Part shown: positions 9,785 to 21,660 of the stretch, piece after piece
Position numbering within the stretch: the stretch's first letter is position 1
Layout: every line of letters begins with the position of its first letter
DNA from: Trueperaceae bacterium
Lineage (GTDB): Bacteria; Deinococcota; Deinococci; Deinococcales; Trueperaceae
Direction of reading: 5' to 3'
Assembly: GCA_965214405.1 (NCBI GenBank)
Contig: OZ243956.1
Location: forward strand, 2,976,001-3,040,000
Length of the DNA stretch: 64,000 nucleotides
Program-made: the position numbers and the translations under genes
The notes under the pieces: model-generated
What the model was told of the DNA's origin: nothing
Seen by the model: the letters and a program-made list of their open reading frames with translations, nothing else
The model's database searches: none

Positions 9785-11347
9785 ATGAGACTCGAACTCA
9801 ACTTGGACTTCAAAAAGCACTTCTCCGAGGAGAACTTCTTCTTCGGCGTCGCCAACGCACCCTATCTGTGCGAGGGCGGTTACAACACGCCGGACGGCAT
9901 AAAGAACAGCTACGGCGTCCTGGAGTTGAGCGATACGATTCAGCGTTCAGGTGACGCGATCCGTTTCTGGACGAACTACGAGGAGCAGATTAAACTCGCG
10001 GCGTCGCTCGGGCTCAACGCCTTTCGTATGGGGATAGATTGGTCGCGGATTCAGCCGTCATCCTCCTTGGAACCCCATGAGCCGCCCCCCTGGGACGAAG
10101 CGGCGCTGGACCACTACGCCGACATCATCGCCACGATCATCGCGCACGACATGCAGCCCATCATCACCTTGCATCACTTCACCCACCCCGGCTGGTTGCC
10201 TCTGGACATGTGGCTCAGCGACGAGGGTCCTGACCTCTTGGTGGACTACGAGGTGCGCGTCGTGCAGGAGATCAACACCCGCTTGGCGCGGCGCGGCTCT
10301 GAGCTGATGCGTCACTTCTTAATCTACAACGAGCCCAACCTCATCCCGCTCCTCTATCACTACGCGGGCTTATTTCCGATCGAGCGGCAGGGCGAGGACT
10401 ACCTCTTGCCCGCCTACGACACGATGCTCTCGCACTACATCAGGGCGTATGACGGCGTCTACGACGCCTTCGAGCAGCGCGGCTGGGGCGAGCCGCACGT
10501 CGGCTTCACCATCGCCAACTTGTGCGCCTACGAAATGGACAAGCAGCTCGACGACCTGGTGCGCCTGCGCAGTTGGGGCGTGTCGCGCGAGGACGCGCCC
10601 GCGAAGATTGCCGCGTGCCGCGCGGCGTGGCGAGGGCGCATGGACGACCTCGGTATGTCACAGCTTACCGGCGAGCAGTACGGGCGCTACGAAGCGATGA
10701 TCGCCATGACCGCCGAGCGCCTCGCGCCGGAGAAGTTCGTCAAGACCTTAGACGCCCTCTACGCCTCGCCCCGCACCAAAAAGCTCGACTACCTCTCCGT
10801 GAACGTCTATGACCCCTTCGGCATCCCTCGAGACGGCGACCAGCCGGGCGCGGACACGAAGTGGGACGAGTTCCCGATGGACGGCGACATCTACCGCGCC
10901 TTTATCCTGGCGACGAACGACTTCAATGACGAGGCGTTGCCCGTCTACATGGGCGAGAACTCCTCGGCGAATCTGCAACCTATCGGCGAGCCCGCGCAGC
11001 CTCGCCCCGACGGGTGGACGCGCGAGCGCTATCTCAAGACCTACCTCATGGCGATGATCCGCTGCATGAAGGAGGGCGTGCCCATCAAGGGCTACCTGTA
11101 CTGGTCACTGGTGGACGACTTCGAGTGGCAAGCGGGCTATCCGCCGCGCCTGGGGCTCTACAACTACGACTACGAGAACCATGAAATCCTCCCCACCGAC
11201 GGCTTCGGCGAGCCTTCCGGGGAGATTTACGCGCACCTCGTCGCGGCGCTGAGAAGCGGGGATAAAGGAAGCGTTCAGAAGGCGTTCCGGTTTAGCTTCA
11301 GCCACCAGAAGTCGCGGCTCGAGCCGGAAGAAGCGCTCTCTACATGA
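9785..11347 (+). CDS. Glycoside hydrolase family 1
   Basis: FRMGIDWSRI, ITLHHF, NEP acid/base, GENS nucleophile, YWSLVDDFEW. Confidence 0.88.
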   Translation: MRLELNLDFKKHFSEENFFFGVANAPYLCEGGYNTPDGIKNSYGVLELSDTIQRSGDAIRFWTNYEEQIKLAASLGLNAFRMGIDWSRIQPSSSLEPHEPPPWDEAALDHYADIIATIIAHDMQPIITLHHFTHPGWLPLDMWLSDEGPDLLVDYEVRVVQEINTRLARRGSELMRHFLIYNEPNLIPLLYHYAGLFPIERQGEDYLLPAYDTMLSHYIRAYDGVYDAFEQRGWGEPHVGFTIANLCAYEMDKQLDDLVRLRSWGVSREDAPAKIAACRAAWRGRMDDLGMSQLTGEQYGRYEAMIAMTAERLAPEKFVKTLDALYASPRTKKLDYLSVNVYDPFGIPRDGDQPGADTKWDEFPMDGDIYRAFILATNDFNDEALPVYMGENSSANLQPIGEPAQPRPDGWTRERYLKTYLMAMIRCMKEGVPIKGYLYWSLVDDFEWQAGYPPRLGLYNYDYENHEILPTDGFGEPSGEIYAHLVAALRSGDKGSVQKAFRFSFSHQKSRLEPEEALST

Positions 11348-11629
11348 GCGTACTGAGCACGCCTTTGCTCCTTCTCCAAGCATCCGCCAGCGCCTCGAAA
11401 GAGCGCAGCAGAGCTTCCCTGACCAAAAGGGCAAAGCTACTCAGGCACCCACAGCGAGACGGGTGTTCCACTGCTTTGTGGGTGTCCAGCTACTCGTTAT
11501 CAACTCCCAGCAACAGCTCGTCCTTAAGGAGCATCGTCAGCGTTTACTCTCGCTTCTTGGACCTCGTTATGTAACTTGTTATGTAACTTTTTATTCCTAA
11601 AAAGCGCGGGGGGGCGTGCGGAATGTCGG

Positions 11630-13408
11630 TTAGGTGGCGGCGAGCGTCAGCACTTGGTCGCCGGGCTCGAGCCGCTCCAGCGCCCGGAAGAGCAGGCGCT
11701 TTTCGCCTCTCGCCACCACCAGCGGCAACTCGTCCGGCGCGTGATGCAAATCTGTAACCGACCCCGCCTCCTCGTCCCCGATGGTGCGGCGCAGGCGCGC
11801 CACCTCGCGCGCCGCGAGCCGCCCGTCCCAGGCGTTGAGGTCGACCGGGGTAACAAAAAGCGTGTGCGCCCCAAGCTCGTCCAAGAGTTTGAAAAGGCCC
11901 CCGTCGCTCTCTTTGGTTAGAAGCGCGTAGAGCTGGGGCACCATAAACCCCTCCCCGGCGCGCTGCGCGCTCAGCACGTTGACCTCGGCGTTGGGCGTAA
12001 GCGCGACGAAGGTGCCCGCCTCGCTCAAGCCCGCGCGCTCCAACACCTCGTCCTCCAAGGCGTCGCCGTGGACGGCCTCCAGTCCCATCGCCCGCGCCGC
12101 CTCGCAGTGCTCCCTGTTCGAGTCTAGGAGCGTGACGCGCCCGCTCTGTGAAAGTTCTTGGGCGAGCACGCGCGCGACCGGACCCGCGCCGACGATGACC
12201 ACCGCGTCGCGCCCGCCGGTCGAGCGCACCAATTCGCCGCGCCGCCTCAGCCAGTCCACGCCCCACTTAAGCAGCAGCGGCACCGTCGCGGTGGTGGCGA
12301 TGGCGGTAAAAACGAGGATGGAAAATATCGTCGCGTCGATGATGCCCGCCTGGAGTCCGATGCCCGCGATGATGATCTCGACCGCCCCGCGCCCGTTCAT
12401 GCCCGCGCCGATGACCAGCCCCTCGCGCCACCCGTGGCCTGTGGGCAGGTAGAAGAGCGCCGTGCCGACGATTTTGCCCACGGTTGCTAGGATGATCACG
12501 GTGAGCAGGAGCGCCAGGTCGGTCTGGAACACGCCGAACGACACCTCGAAGCCCGCGGTCACGAAAAACACGGGGGCCAAAAAGCCTATCGAGACGTCGC
12601 GGACCATCGTGGTGAGTTCGTGCGAGAGCCGGTGCTCGGAAATCGCCTCGCGCAAAAAGAGCCCCGCGAGAAACGCGCCCAAAATGCCGTGCAGGCCCGC
12701 TAGGTGCGCCATCTCGGCGAAAAGGAGCGCGGTGAGGAGCACCAGCGTGGCGCTAAAGGCGCGGTTGGTGAGCCCGCGGCGTCTTAAAAAACGCCACAGG
12801 CGCGGGTAGAGCACGAGGCCGACGAGCCAGGAGGCGGCGAAAAAAAGTACGACTTTGCCCGCGACGCCCAGCATGGGGACGAGCTCGAGCGCCCCCAAAC
12901 TCGCAAAACTCATGATGCCCGCGAAGATAATGAGCGACAAACTGTCGGTAATAAGCGCGCCCGCCATCATGACGTGCGCCATCCGGGTGTCGAGAATTTT
13001 CAAGTCCACCAGGATGCGCGACTTCGTCGCCAGCGAGGTGACGCCCATCGCCATGCCCACGAACACGCCCGCCACGGGCGTGCCGCCAAAGCCGAGCACG
13101 ACGAAGTAGCCCAGCGTGAAGGGCAGGATAAAACCGCCCACGGCCGCCAGAAAGCCGCCCCACGAGGCCTTGCCGAGCTCTTTGGGGTCGATCTCCATAC
13201 CGATATAGAGCATCATGAGCAAAACGCCGAGTTCGGCCAAGACGCCCAGCGCTTCGCCCCCGTAAAGAAGCCCCAGCAGCGGCGGGCCGAGCAAGATGCC
13301 CACCAAAATCTCGCCCAACACGGACGGGTAGCCGAGGCGAATAGCGAGCCGACCGCCCAAAAAGGCGGCCAGCAACACCAGCAAAAGGTTGAGGATGCTG
13401 AAATCCAT
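11630..13408 (-). CDS. Cation:proton antiporter (CPA2/Kef-like) with C-terminal TrkA-N nucleotide-binding domain
   Basis: GEILVGILLGP, GAFLAG, PVFF, GMNGRG; C-terminal IVGAGPVA and VHGDA. Confidence 0.88.
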   Translation of the reverse strand: MDFSILNLLLVLLAAFLGGRLAIRLGYPSVLGEILVGILLGPPLLGLLYGGEALGVLAELGVLLMMLYIGMEIDPKELGKASWGGFLAAVGGFILPFTLGYFVVLGFGGTPVAGVFVGMAMGVTSLATKSRILVDLKILDTRMAHVMMAGALITDSLSLIIFAGIMSFASLGALELVPMLGVAGKVVLFFAASWLVGLVLYPRLWRFLRRRGLTNRAFSATLVLLTALLFAEMAHLAGLHGILGAFLAGLFLREAISEHRLSHELTTMVRDVSIGFLAPVFFVTAGFEVSFGVFQTDLALLLTVIILATVGKIVGTALFYLPTGHGWREGLVIGAGMNGRGAVEIIIAGIGLQAGIIDATIFSILVFTAIATTATVPLLLKWGVDWLRRRGELVRSTGGRDAVVIVGAGPVARVLAQELSQSGRVTLLDSNREHCEAARAMGLEAVHGDALEDEVLERAGLSEAGTFVALTPNAEVNVLSAQRAGEGFMVPQLYALLTKESDGGLFKLLDELGAHTLFVTPVDLNAWDGRLAAREVARLRRTIGDEEAGSVTDLHHAPDELPLVVARGEKRLLFRALERLEPGDQVLTLAAT

Positions 13409-13575
13409 CAGCTCATCCGTCTGCCGTTGCCCCTAACGTCGCCGGGCTCATCTTTGGCGACAGGAATGAGAGTTAGCAAACGGCCCAGTAGAAATACGCC
13501 GAGAGCGACCTCGGCAAAAAATAGGCCCAGCTTCCATAAGGAAAGGTCAGTCATGGCAGGCTCGAACGGGGTCAT
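13408..13575 (-). CDS. 55-aa single-pass membrane protein coupled to the CPA2 gene
   Basis: AAAGGAG 7 nt before ATG 13575; hydrophobic LWKLGLFFAEVALGVFLLGRLLTLIPV; TGATG stop/start overlap. Confidence 0.6.
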   Translation of the reverse strand: MTPFEPAMTDLSLWKLGLFFAEVALGVFLLGRLLTLIPVAKDEPGDVRGNGRRMS

Positions 13576-14194
13576 AAGAGTCTCCTTTCGGGAGGGAACG
13601 CGTATCCTTAAATGGTGTCTACGCATCCGAAGCTTGGTGAAGTCTCAGAAGGTCGTATTTTCATCTAACGGATGGATTTGTCATCTAGCGGACGGACTTG
13701 GAAGTTCCTACGCTCTGGTGAGAAGCGTGCTACGCCTCGCCGCGCGGGCCGTTTCAGTATGCTTTCTCATTACCAACCTCCGGCTGAAAAACATCATGAC
13801 GTATGATAGAACATGGGTAAAGCAGCTAGTTTACGACGACTCGTTTACAATGGTTTGTAAATACAACGGTTTGTGGGGTGGTTTAAGTAAAGCTTACTGC
13901 GCGCTTAAAAGTGCGCGGCAGGATCTCGGAATTCCTCGTCGGGATGCCAGTCGCTACCGCTCGGGCATCTGCCAACGGGAATGAGTAAGGTTGTAAGACC
14001 CTGTAACATCATAGGAATAAGATACTCGAGCCGCCTCTCCGAATGGGTAAGCCAACCGGTAGATTCTTCGGGCGGAATTTGCTATCGTAGGGACTTTAAG
14101 AGAGCAGCAGCAGGTGTGAAAGGTAAGAACTTAGTTTAGAATTTATCACGGAAAAACTCAGTCGTCCAGCAACCCCTCACGGCCTTACAAAATT

Positions 14195-14203
14195 TGCTAC
14201 TTT
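14195..14203 (+). promoter_or_regulatory. Extended -10 promoter for the riboswitch-Mrp transcript
   Basis: TGCTACTTT (TGn-TACTTT) about 12 nt upstream of the aptamer P1. Confidence 0.45.
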
Positions 14204-14214
14204 CGAGGTGTAAA

Positions 14215-14339
14215 CGTTGGTTGGGGAGTAGCCACTCTGGATTAAGGGGGGCACGTCGTCACTACAAAGTTCGGCTAGACTAGAGTCTATGTGGGCTTTC
14301 GGCGTGTCCGTCGCGCAAGCGATAGGCGAGACCACCACG
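14215..14339 (+). ncRNA. yybP-ykoY (Mn2+) riboswitch aptamer 1
   Basis: GGGGAGTAGCC...GGCGAGACC; P3 GGGCACGTCG/CGGCGTGTCC with L3 TCACTAC and AAAGTTC/GGGCTTT; P4 GTCGC-GCAA-GCGAT. Confidence 0.88.
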
Positions 14340-14370
14340 GCATGGATGCTGTGGTGGTCTCGCCCTTTTA
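14325..14370 (+). terminator. Riboswitch intrinsic terminator, mutually exclusive with aptamer P1
   Basis: 18-bp stem 14325-14342/14347-14364 (one G-U), loop TGGA, then CTTTTA; 5' arm is the aptamer 3' strand. Confidence 0.8.
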
Positions 14371-14402
14371 ACGCCCTCCACAGCACCGGAAACGAGGTTG
14401 AG

Positions 14403-15563
14403 ATGAAATCGGTCAGATTTACGCGCATGATGGGGATAGACGTCAGACTCCATCCGTCGTTCTTTTTGTTGGCAGGCTTGGGCGCTATTTACGCCCTCCA
14501 GGGCGGGCTCGGCGCCGCTTTAGACGGCGTCACCTTTCTGGTCTTACTTTTGGGCTGCGTGCTGCTGCACGAGCTGGGTCACGCGTGGGCGGCGGAGCGC
14601 TACGGCGCCAAGACGAAAGACATCATTTTGTTACCCACCGGCGGGGTGGCGCGCCCTGAAAAGATGCCGACAGAGCCTAAGCAAGAACTCGTGGTGGCGC
14701 TCGCGGGTCCTGCGGTCAACGCGGTCATCGCTGCTTTAGTCGCCGCCGCGCTGCTCGGGGCGAACCTCGGCGCGGGCCTTGACCTCGCGGCGCTCGCGGG
14801 CGCGGGAGGGCTGACGGGCTTGGCCGTCCAACTGCTCACGGTCAACGTGCTGTTGGTGATAGTCAACCTCCTGCCCGCCTTCCCGATGGACGGCGGACGC
14901 GTTTTGCGGGCGCTCCTCGCCACGCGACTGCCTTACGCACGCGCCACCGACGTCGCCGTTCGCACGGGGAGAGGTGTGGCGGTGCTCATGGTCGTGTTCA
15001 TGGCGGTGTACGGCCTCTTTTACAACCCTCTACTCATGCTCGTGGCCGCGTTCGTCCTTCTGAGCGCGGGGCAAGCGAACGCGTACACCAGAATAAGGGC
15101 GGGCTCGAGCCGCCTGCCCGTTTCCGCGGTGATGCTTACAGACGTGGCGAGCGTATCGCCGCATGACTCTTTGCTAGGTGCCGCCGACACGCTCGCCCGC
15201 ACCGCGCAGCCCGCCTTTCCCGTGCTGACGCCCGCGGGCGTCGAGGGCGTGCTCACCAAGGAGGCCTTGCTGCTCGGGCTAAAAACGCGCGGCGCGACTA
15301 CCGCGGTGCGCGACGCCATGCACACGTCTCTGCCGACGGTGCGGCTCGAGACGCCCTTCGACGAGGCGTTCGAGAGGATGCAAGAGCACGGCCTGACCGC
15401 CTTGCCCGTCACGGACGGGCTGGACCGGCTCATGGGCATGGTCACGCTCGAGAAGGTGCGCGAGCGGCTGAGGGTGCAAGGGGCGCTCGAGCGGGGGCGC
15501 CGCGGGCCGCGCGCCGCGCGACCTCGCGTGGGACGGTCGCCGCGTTCGCCGGGAACGGCCTAG
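14403..15563 (+). CDS. Site-2 protease (M50) with tandem CBS domains
   Basis: HELGH, VALAGP, NLLPAFPMDGGR; C-terminal CBS pair; GAGG RBS. Confidence 0.92.
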   Translation: MKSVRFTRMMGIDVRLHPSFFLLAGLGAIYALQGGLGAALDGVTFLVLLLGCVLLHELGHAWAAERYGAKTKDIILLPTGGVARPEKMPTEPKQELVVALAGPAVNAVIAALVAAALLGANLGAGLDLAALAGAGGLTGLAVQLLTVNVLLVIVNLLPAFPMDGGRVLRALLATRLPYARATDVAVRTGRGVAVLMVVFMAVYGLFYNPLLMLVAAFVLLSAGQANAYTRIRAGSSRLPVSAVMLTDVASVSPHDSLLGAADTLARTAQPAFPVLTPAGVEGVLTKEALLLGLKTRGATTAVRDAMHTSLPTVRLETPFDEAFERMQEHGLTALPVTDGLDRLMGMVTLEKVRERLRVQGALERGRRGPRAARPRVGRSPRSPGTA

Positions 15564-18104
15564 ATGCTCCAGGCGGTGCTGGCAAGTTTTGGCGTAGCGC
15601 TCCTCTCACCGTGGCTGGTGCGCGTTTTCAAGGGGCGGAGCGGCTGGCTCCTGGCGCTCTTGCCCCTTGCGCTCACGGTCTACTTCGGGAGGCTGGCGCC
15701 GGGGGTGTCGGAGGGCTCGAGCGTGACCCAGAGCTTCCCCTGGCTCCCCGCGCTCGGCGTCGAGCTTTCTTTCTATCTGGACGGCCTGAGCTTACTCTTC
15801 GCGCTACTCATCTCCTTTATCGGCGTCTTCATCGTCGTGTATGCGGGCGGCTACCTCCGGGACGACCCCAACCTGGGGCGCTTTTATCTAGCGCTGCTCG
15901 CCTTTATGGCGGCGATGCTCGGGCTCGTGCTATCGGACAACCTCATCACCCTGTTCGTGTTCTGGGAGCTCACCAGCCTCACCTCGTTCTTTTTGGTCGG
16001 CTATAAACACCAATATGAGGAATCGCGTAAGTCGGCGTTGCAGGCGCTGCTGGTCACGGGGTTGGGCGGTCTGGCGATGCTGGCGGGGTTTTTGCTGCTC
16101 GGCTCGGTGGCGGGAACGTATACCATCAGCGAACTTTTGACTCAATCAGGGGCTATCCAGGGTCATGCGCTCTACCTGCCGACGCTGCTTCTGGTGCTGC
16201 TCGGCGCGTTCACTAAGTCGGCGCAGTTCCCCTTTCACTTCTGGCTGCCCAACGCGATGGCCGCGCCCACGCCCGTGTCGGCTTATCTGCACTCCGCGAC
16301 GATGGTCAAGGCGGGGATTTACCTTCTCGCGCGGCTCTCGCCCACCCTGGGCGGCACGGCGGCGTGGCTGTGGCTGCTGGGCGCGGCGGGGCTGCTTACC
16401 GTGCTCACGGCGGGGGTGCTGGCGCTCAAACAGCGCGACCTCAAGAAGCTGCTCGCCTATTCGACGCTGGTGGCGCTGGGCCTGTTGACGATGCTTTTGG
16501 CCGTCGGCACGCCCGCGGCGGTCAAGGCGGCGATGGTCTTTTTACTCGCGCACTCGCTCTACAAGGCGAGTCTCTTTATGGTGGCGGGCACGGTTGACCA
16601 CCAGGCGGGCACGCGCGACGTGACGGAGCTTTCGGGCCTCGCGCGCGTGATGCCCCTTACCTTTGTGGCGGCGCTCTTCGCGGCGTTTTCGACCGCGGGT
16701 TTGCCGCCCAAGCTGGGCTTTATCGGCAAAGAGCTCGCCTACGAGGGGCTGCTCGGCGCGCCCGCGCTGCTCGTCGCCGCGGTTTTGAGCAACGCCACGA
16801 TGTTTGTCGTCGCGGCGCTCGTGGCGCTCAAACCCTTTGTCGGGCGCAGCCTGCGAGCGCCCCAGGCGGTGCGGGGCGCGCCGCTTAGCTTGTGGCTCGG
16901 CCCTTTCGTGTTGGCGGGGCTGGGTCTGGTGTTCGGCCTTTTCCCCGAGCTTATCGAGCTGACCAAGCTGCCCGCGGTGGCGGCGGTATTGGCCGCGCCC
17001 TACGAGTTCAGTTTGTACCTGTTCCCCTCGAGCTTTACCCCCGCGCTGATTTTGAGCATCGTGACGGTGGCGCTGGGCCTCGTGCTCCTCGCGCTGTGGT
17101 CGCCCATCTACCGGGGCTTGTCGCGTTTGAAGGGCTTCGACTGGGGTCCGGCGAGAGGGTACGACCTCTCGCTCAAAGGCTTAATCTGGCTCGCGGAGAC
17201 GCAAACCCGGCTCGTCCAGGGCGATAACCTGCGCCGTCACTTGGCCGTCATCCTCGGTTTTACCGTGGCATTGGTCGGGGCGACCGCCGTTTTTCGGGGG
17301 GGCCTAAACATAGAGTTGAGGCTCGAGACCGGTTACTTTTACGAGTATGTGTTGGCTGGCCTCGTCGTCGCGGCGGCCTTGGCGGCGACCCTCGCGCGCA
17401 CGCGTTTGGCGGCGGTGACCGCGCTCGGCGTGGTGGGTTTCGGCGTCGCGCTGCTCTTCGTGGTTTTCGCCGCGCCCGACCTCGCCATCACCCAGTTCTT
17501 GGTCGAGACGCTGCTCGTTATCATCGTGGTGCTGGTCACCCTGCGCTTGCCCGAGTGGCGGCGTGAGGAGGGCTCGAGCCGCCCCACCCGCCTCCGCGAC
17601 GGTTTTATCGCCCTAGCGGGCGGAGGGCTGGTGACGGTCTTGCTACTCAGCGTAACGAGCCCCCCCTTTAGCGGCGAACTCACCGCCTTTTTTGAGAGCG
17701 AGAGCTGGCCGTCCGCTTTTGGGCGCAACATCGTCAACGTCATCTTGGTTGACTTCCGCGCGCTCGACACGCTGGGCGAAATCACCGTGCTGGCGGTGGC
17801 GGCGCTCGGCGTGTTCGCGCTGCTGCGGACGCGTGTAAATCCGCGCGCGGAAGTTTCATCGAACACGTCCACAGACACTTCGCCGGGCACCTCGCCGGGT
17901 AGCTCAGCAAATTTCCCGGAGTCAAATACGAACATGTCAAACGCGAACACGCCAGATGTGACCATGCCAGATGTAACCACGCCAAATGTGACTATGCCAA
18001 AGACGGACACACCGAGTCCAAACACACCGCATCCGAACGCACCCGTAACAGCAAAACCGGATACGGCAAACATAGCGAATCCAGAACAAAAGGGGACGCC
18101 GTGA
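15564..18104 (+). CDS. mrpA: Mrp Na+/H+ antiporter subunit A
   Basis: [59 protein letters not shown]. Confidence 0.95.
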   Translation: MLQAVLASFGVALLSPWLVRVFKGRSGWLLALLPLALTVYFGRLAPGVSEGSSVTQSFPWLPALGVELSFYLDGLSLLFALLISFIGVFIVVYAGGYLRDDPNLGRFYLALLAFMAAMLGLVLSDNLITLFVFWELTSLTSFFLVGYKHQYEESRKSALQALLVTGLGGLAMLAGFLLLGSVAGTYTISELLTQSGAIQGHALYLPTLLLVLLGAFTKSAQFPFHFWLPNAMAAPTPVSAYLHSATMVKAGIYLLARLSPTLGGTAAWLWLLGAAGLLTVLTAGVLALKQRDLKKLLAYSTLVALGLLTMLLAVGTPAAVKAAMVFLLAHSLYKASLFMVAGTVDHQAGTRDVTELSGLARVMPLTFVAALFAAFSTAGLPPKLGFIGKELAYEGLLGAPALLVAAVLSNATMFVVAALVALKPFVGRSLRAPQAVRGAPLSLWLGPFVLAGLGLVFGLFPELIELTKLPAVAAVLAAPYEFSLYLFPSSFTPALILSIVTVALGLVLLALWSPIYRGLSRLKGFDWGPARGYDLSLKGLIWLAETQTRLVQGDNLRRHLAVILGFTVALVGATAVFRGGLNIELRLETGYFYEYVLAGLVVAAALAATLARTRLAAVTALGVVGFGVALLFVVFAAPDLAITQFLVETLLVIIVVLVTLRLPEWRREEGSSRPTRLRDGFIALAGGGLVTVLLLSVTSPPFSGELTAFFESESWPSAFGRNIVNVILVDFRALDTLGEITVLAVAALGVFALLRTRVNPRAEVSSNTSTDTSPGTSPGSSANFPESNTNMSNANTPDVTMPDVTTPNVTMPKTDTPSPNTPHPNAPVTAKPDTANIANPEQKGTP

Positions 18105-18502
18105 CCTCCGTCATCTTGCGCACTACCACGCAAGTCCTCACCCCGCTGCTCGCGCTGCTGTCCATTTTCCTGCTCCTGCGCGGGCACAACCTGCCGGGGG
18201 GCGGCTTTATCGGCGGTTTGGTCGCCGCGGCGGCGTTCGCGCTCTACGCCACGGCCTACGGGGTCGCCGCGGCGCGCTACGTGCTGCGCTTCGACCCCTG
18301 GAGCATCATCGGGGTGGGGCTATGTGTCGCGGTGCTGAGCGGTTTGTTGGCTGCGGCGACCGGGCAACCCTTTTTGAGCGGGTTATGGCTCGAGCTTCCG
18401 GGCGGGCTCAAGCTCGGCACGCCGCTGCTTTTTGACGTGGGCGTGTATTTCGTCGTTATCGGCATCGTGCTGATGATGGTGTTCGCGCTCGAGGAGGCCT
18501 GA
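18101..18502 (+). CDS. mrpB: Mrp subunit B
   Basis: [25 protein letters not shown] overlap with mrpA. Confidence 0.93.
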   Translation: MTSVILRTTTQVLTPLLALLSIFLLLRGHNLPGGGFIGGLVAAAAFALYATAYGVAAARYVLRFDPWSIIGVGLCVAVLSGLLAAATGQPFLSGLWLELPGGLKLGTPLLFDVGVYFVVIGIVLMMVFALEEA

Positions 18503-18921
18503 ATGGAGCCGGTTTTGGCCTTTATCGTGGGCGCGCTTTTCGCCTGTGGTATTTATCTCATGCTGCGCCGCAACCTGCTGCGCTTCATCTTCGGCTTAAT
18601 TTTGATGAGCAACGGCGCGAACCTGCTCATTTTCACCGCCGGGCGGCTCACGCGGGGAAGCCCGCCGCTCATCCCCGCCGAGGCGGACCTCCCCGTTGGC
18701 GAGGTCGCCAACGCGCTGCCGCAGGCGCTCGTCCTGACGGCCATCGTCATCGGCTTCGGGCTCGTTTCGTTCGCGCTGGTGCTGCTCCTGCGCGCCCATC
18801 AGGGGCTCGGCACGCTCGACACCGACGTGATGGCGCAGGCGTCACAGGTGTCAGATGAAGCCCCCGCGGCGACCGGGCCTGCGTCTCAGGCTTCTCGAGC
18901 GCGCGAAAAAGAGGTGACGGC

Positions 18922-18925
<4 letters not shown>
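18503..18925 (+). CDS. mrpC: Mrp subunit C
   Basis: LPQALVLTAIVIGFG. Confidence 0.93.
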
Positions 18926-20424
<1,499 letters not shown>

Positions 20425-20487
20425 ACATGGTTATGAGAAGAGACGACGGGAAGAAAGGTCGTTTGACGCAAAAAATGAAAGGAACCC

Positions 20488-20961
20488 ATGAACCTTTTTC
20501 TGCTTAACGTCCTCTTGGCGCTCCTCTGGGCGGCGGTCACCGGCACGCTCACGCTCGCCAGCCTCCTGACCGGGTTTGTCGTCGGGGTGCTCGTGCTGGC
20601 GCTCGTGGGCCGCGCGCTGGGCGGCGCGCGCTACACCTCGCGGCTCGTTCGCGGCGTCGCGCTGGCGCTGTTTTTCCTGTGGGAACTGTTCGCCTCGAGC
20701 CTGCGCGTCGCCTGGGACGTGCTCACCCCGCGGCACGGGATGCGCCCCGCCGTCGTCGCCGTGCCGCTCGACGTGACCACTGACGCCGAGGTTACGCTCC
20801 TCGCCAACCTTATCTCGCTCACGCCGGGCACGCTCAGCCTGGACTTGTCCGACGACAAAAGGACACTCTTCGTCCATGCCATGTACGTGGACGACCCCGA
20901 GGCGCTCAAAAGGAGCATCAAGCGCGACTTTGAGGGCCGCGTCATGGGGATTCTGTCGTGA
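20488..20961 (+). CDS. mrpE: Mrp subunit E
   Basis: LANLISLTPGTL, LFVHAM. Confidence 0.93.
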   Translation: MNLFLLNVLLALLWAAVTGTLTLASLLTGFVVGVLVLALVGRALGGARYTSRLVRGVALALFFLWELFASSLRVAWDVLTPRHGMRPAVVAVPLDVTTDAEVTLLANLISLTPGTLSLDLSDDKRTLFVHAMYVDDPEALKRSIKRDFEGRVMGILS

Positions 20962-21254
20962 ACCCGCTAGACTCTAACATCTTGAACGTGGCGGTGCTCA
21001 TCGGCTTCGGGATGCTTTCTCTGGCACTCGTCATGGCGTTCGTGCGGCTCGTGCGCGGCCCCAGTCTGCCCGACCGCGTGGTGGCGCTCGACCTCATCGC
21101 CTTTATCGCGGTGGCCTTTATCGCGCTTACGAGCGTCGCCACGGGGCAGGAGGTCTTTTTGGACGCCGCGGTCGCGCTCGCGCTCATCGCTTTTTTGGGC
21201 ACGCTCGCGTTCGCCCGCTCCGTCGGGCGTGGGCGGCTCGAGGGGGAGCCGTGA
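20958..21254 (+). CDS. mrpF: Mrp subunit F
   Basis: RLVRGPSLPDRVVALD, FLGTLAFAR. Confidence 0.93.
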   Translation: MNPLDSNILNVAVLIGFGMLSLALVMAFVRLVRGPSLPDRVVALDLIAFIAVAFIALTSVATGQEVFLDAAVALALIAFLGTLAFARSVGRGRLEGEP

Positions 21255-21646
21255 GCGATATCATCGCGGCGGGCCTCATCTTGCTCGGCGGCGCGTTCAT
21301 ACTCATTTCGGCCTTGGGACTCCTGCGGATGCCCGACCTCTACATGCGGATGCACGCGGCCACCAAGGCGGGCACGCTGGGCGCGGGACTCATGTTGGGG
21401 GCGCTCGCGGTCTTTTTCGGCGGCTTGGGCGTGGTCGCCGAAGCGCTCGCCGTCATCATCTTTTTGCTGCTCACCGCGCCCGTCGCGGCGCACGTGCTGG
21501 GGCGGGCGAGCTACAGGAGCGGCGTCACGCTCTGGGAGGAGACGCGCTTTGACGAGCTCGAGGCCTACCTAAACACCCGCGCCTCCCCTCAACCCGACCC
21601 GGACCCCGCCCCGGTGCGCTCGCCCCTCGGCGCGCCCGACGCCTAA
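21251..21646 (+). CDS. mrpG: Mrp subunit G
   Basis: RMPDLYMRMHAATKAGTLG, LTAPVAAH. Confidence 0.93.
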   Translation: MSDIIAAGLILLGGAFILISALGLLRMPDLYMRMHAATKAGTLGAGLMLGALAVFFGGLGVVAEALAVIIFLLLTAPVAAHVLGRASYRSGVTLWEETRFDELEAYLNTRASPQPDPDPAPVRSPLGAPDA

Positions 21647-21660
21647 AGGAAAGGAGCATC

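Noticed and set aside
14030..14076. Possible Na+/Li+ or c-di-AMP riboswitch near the antiporter genes
   Set aside because: A hairpin is possible but I cannot match a consensus; needs an Rfam scan
14289..14402. Longer N-terminus for the site-2 protease
   Set aside because: Overlaps the riboswitch and terminator; RBS supports ATG 14403
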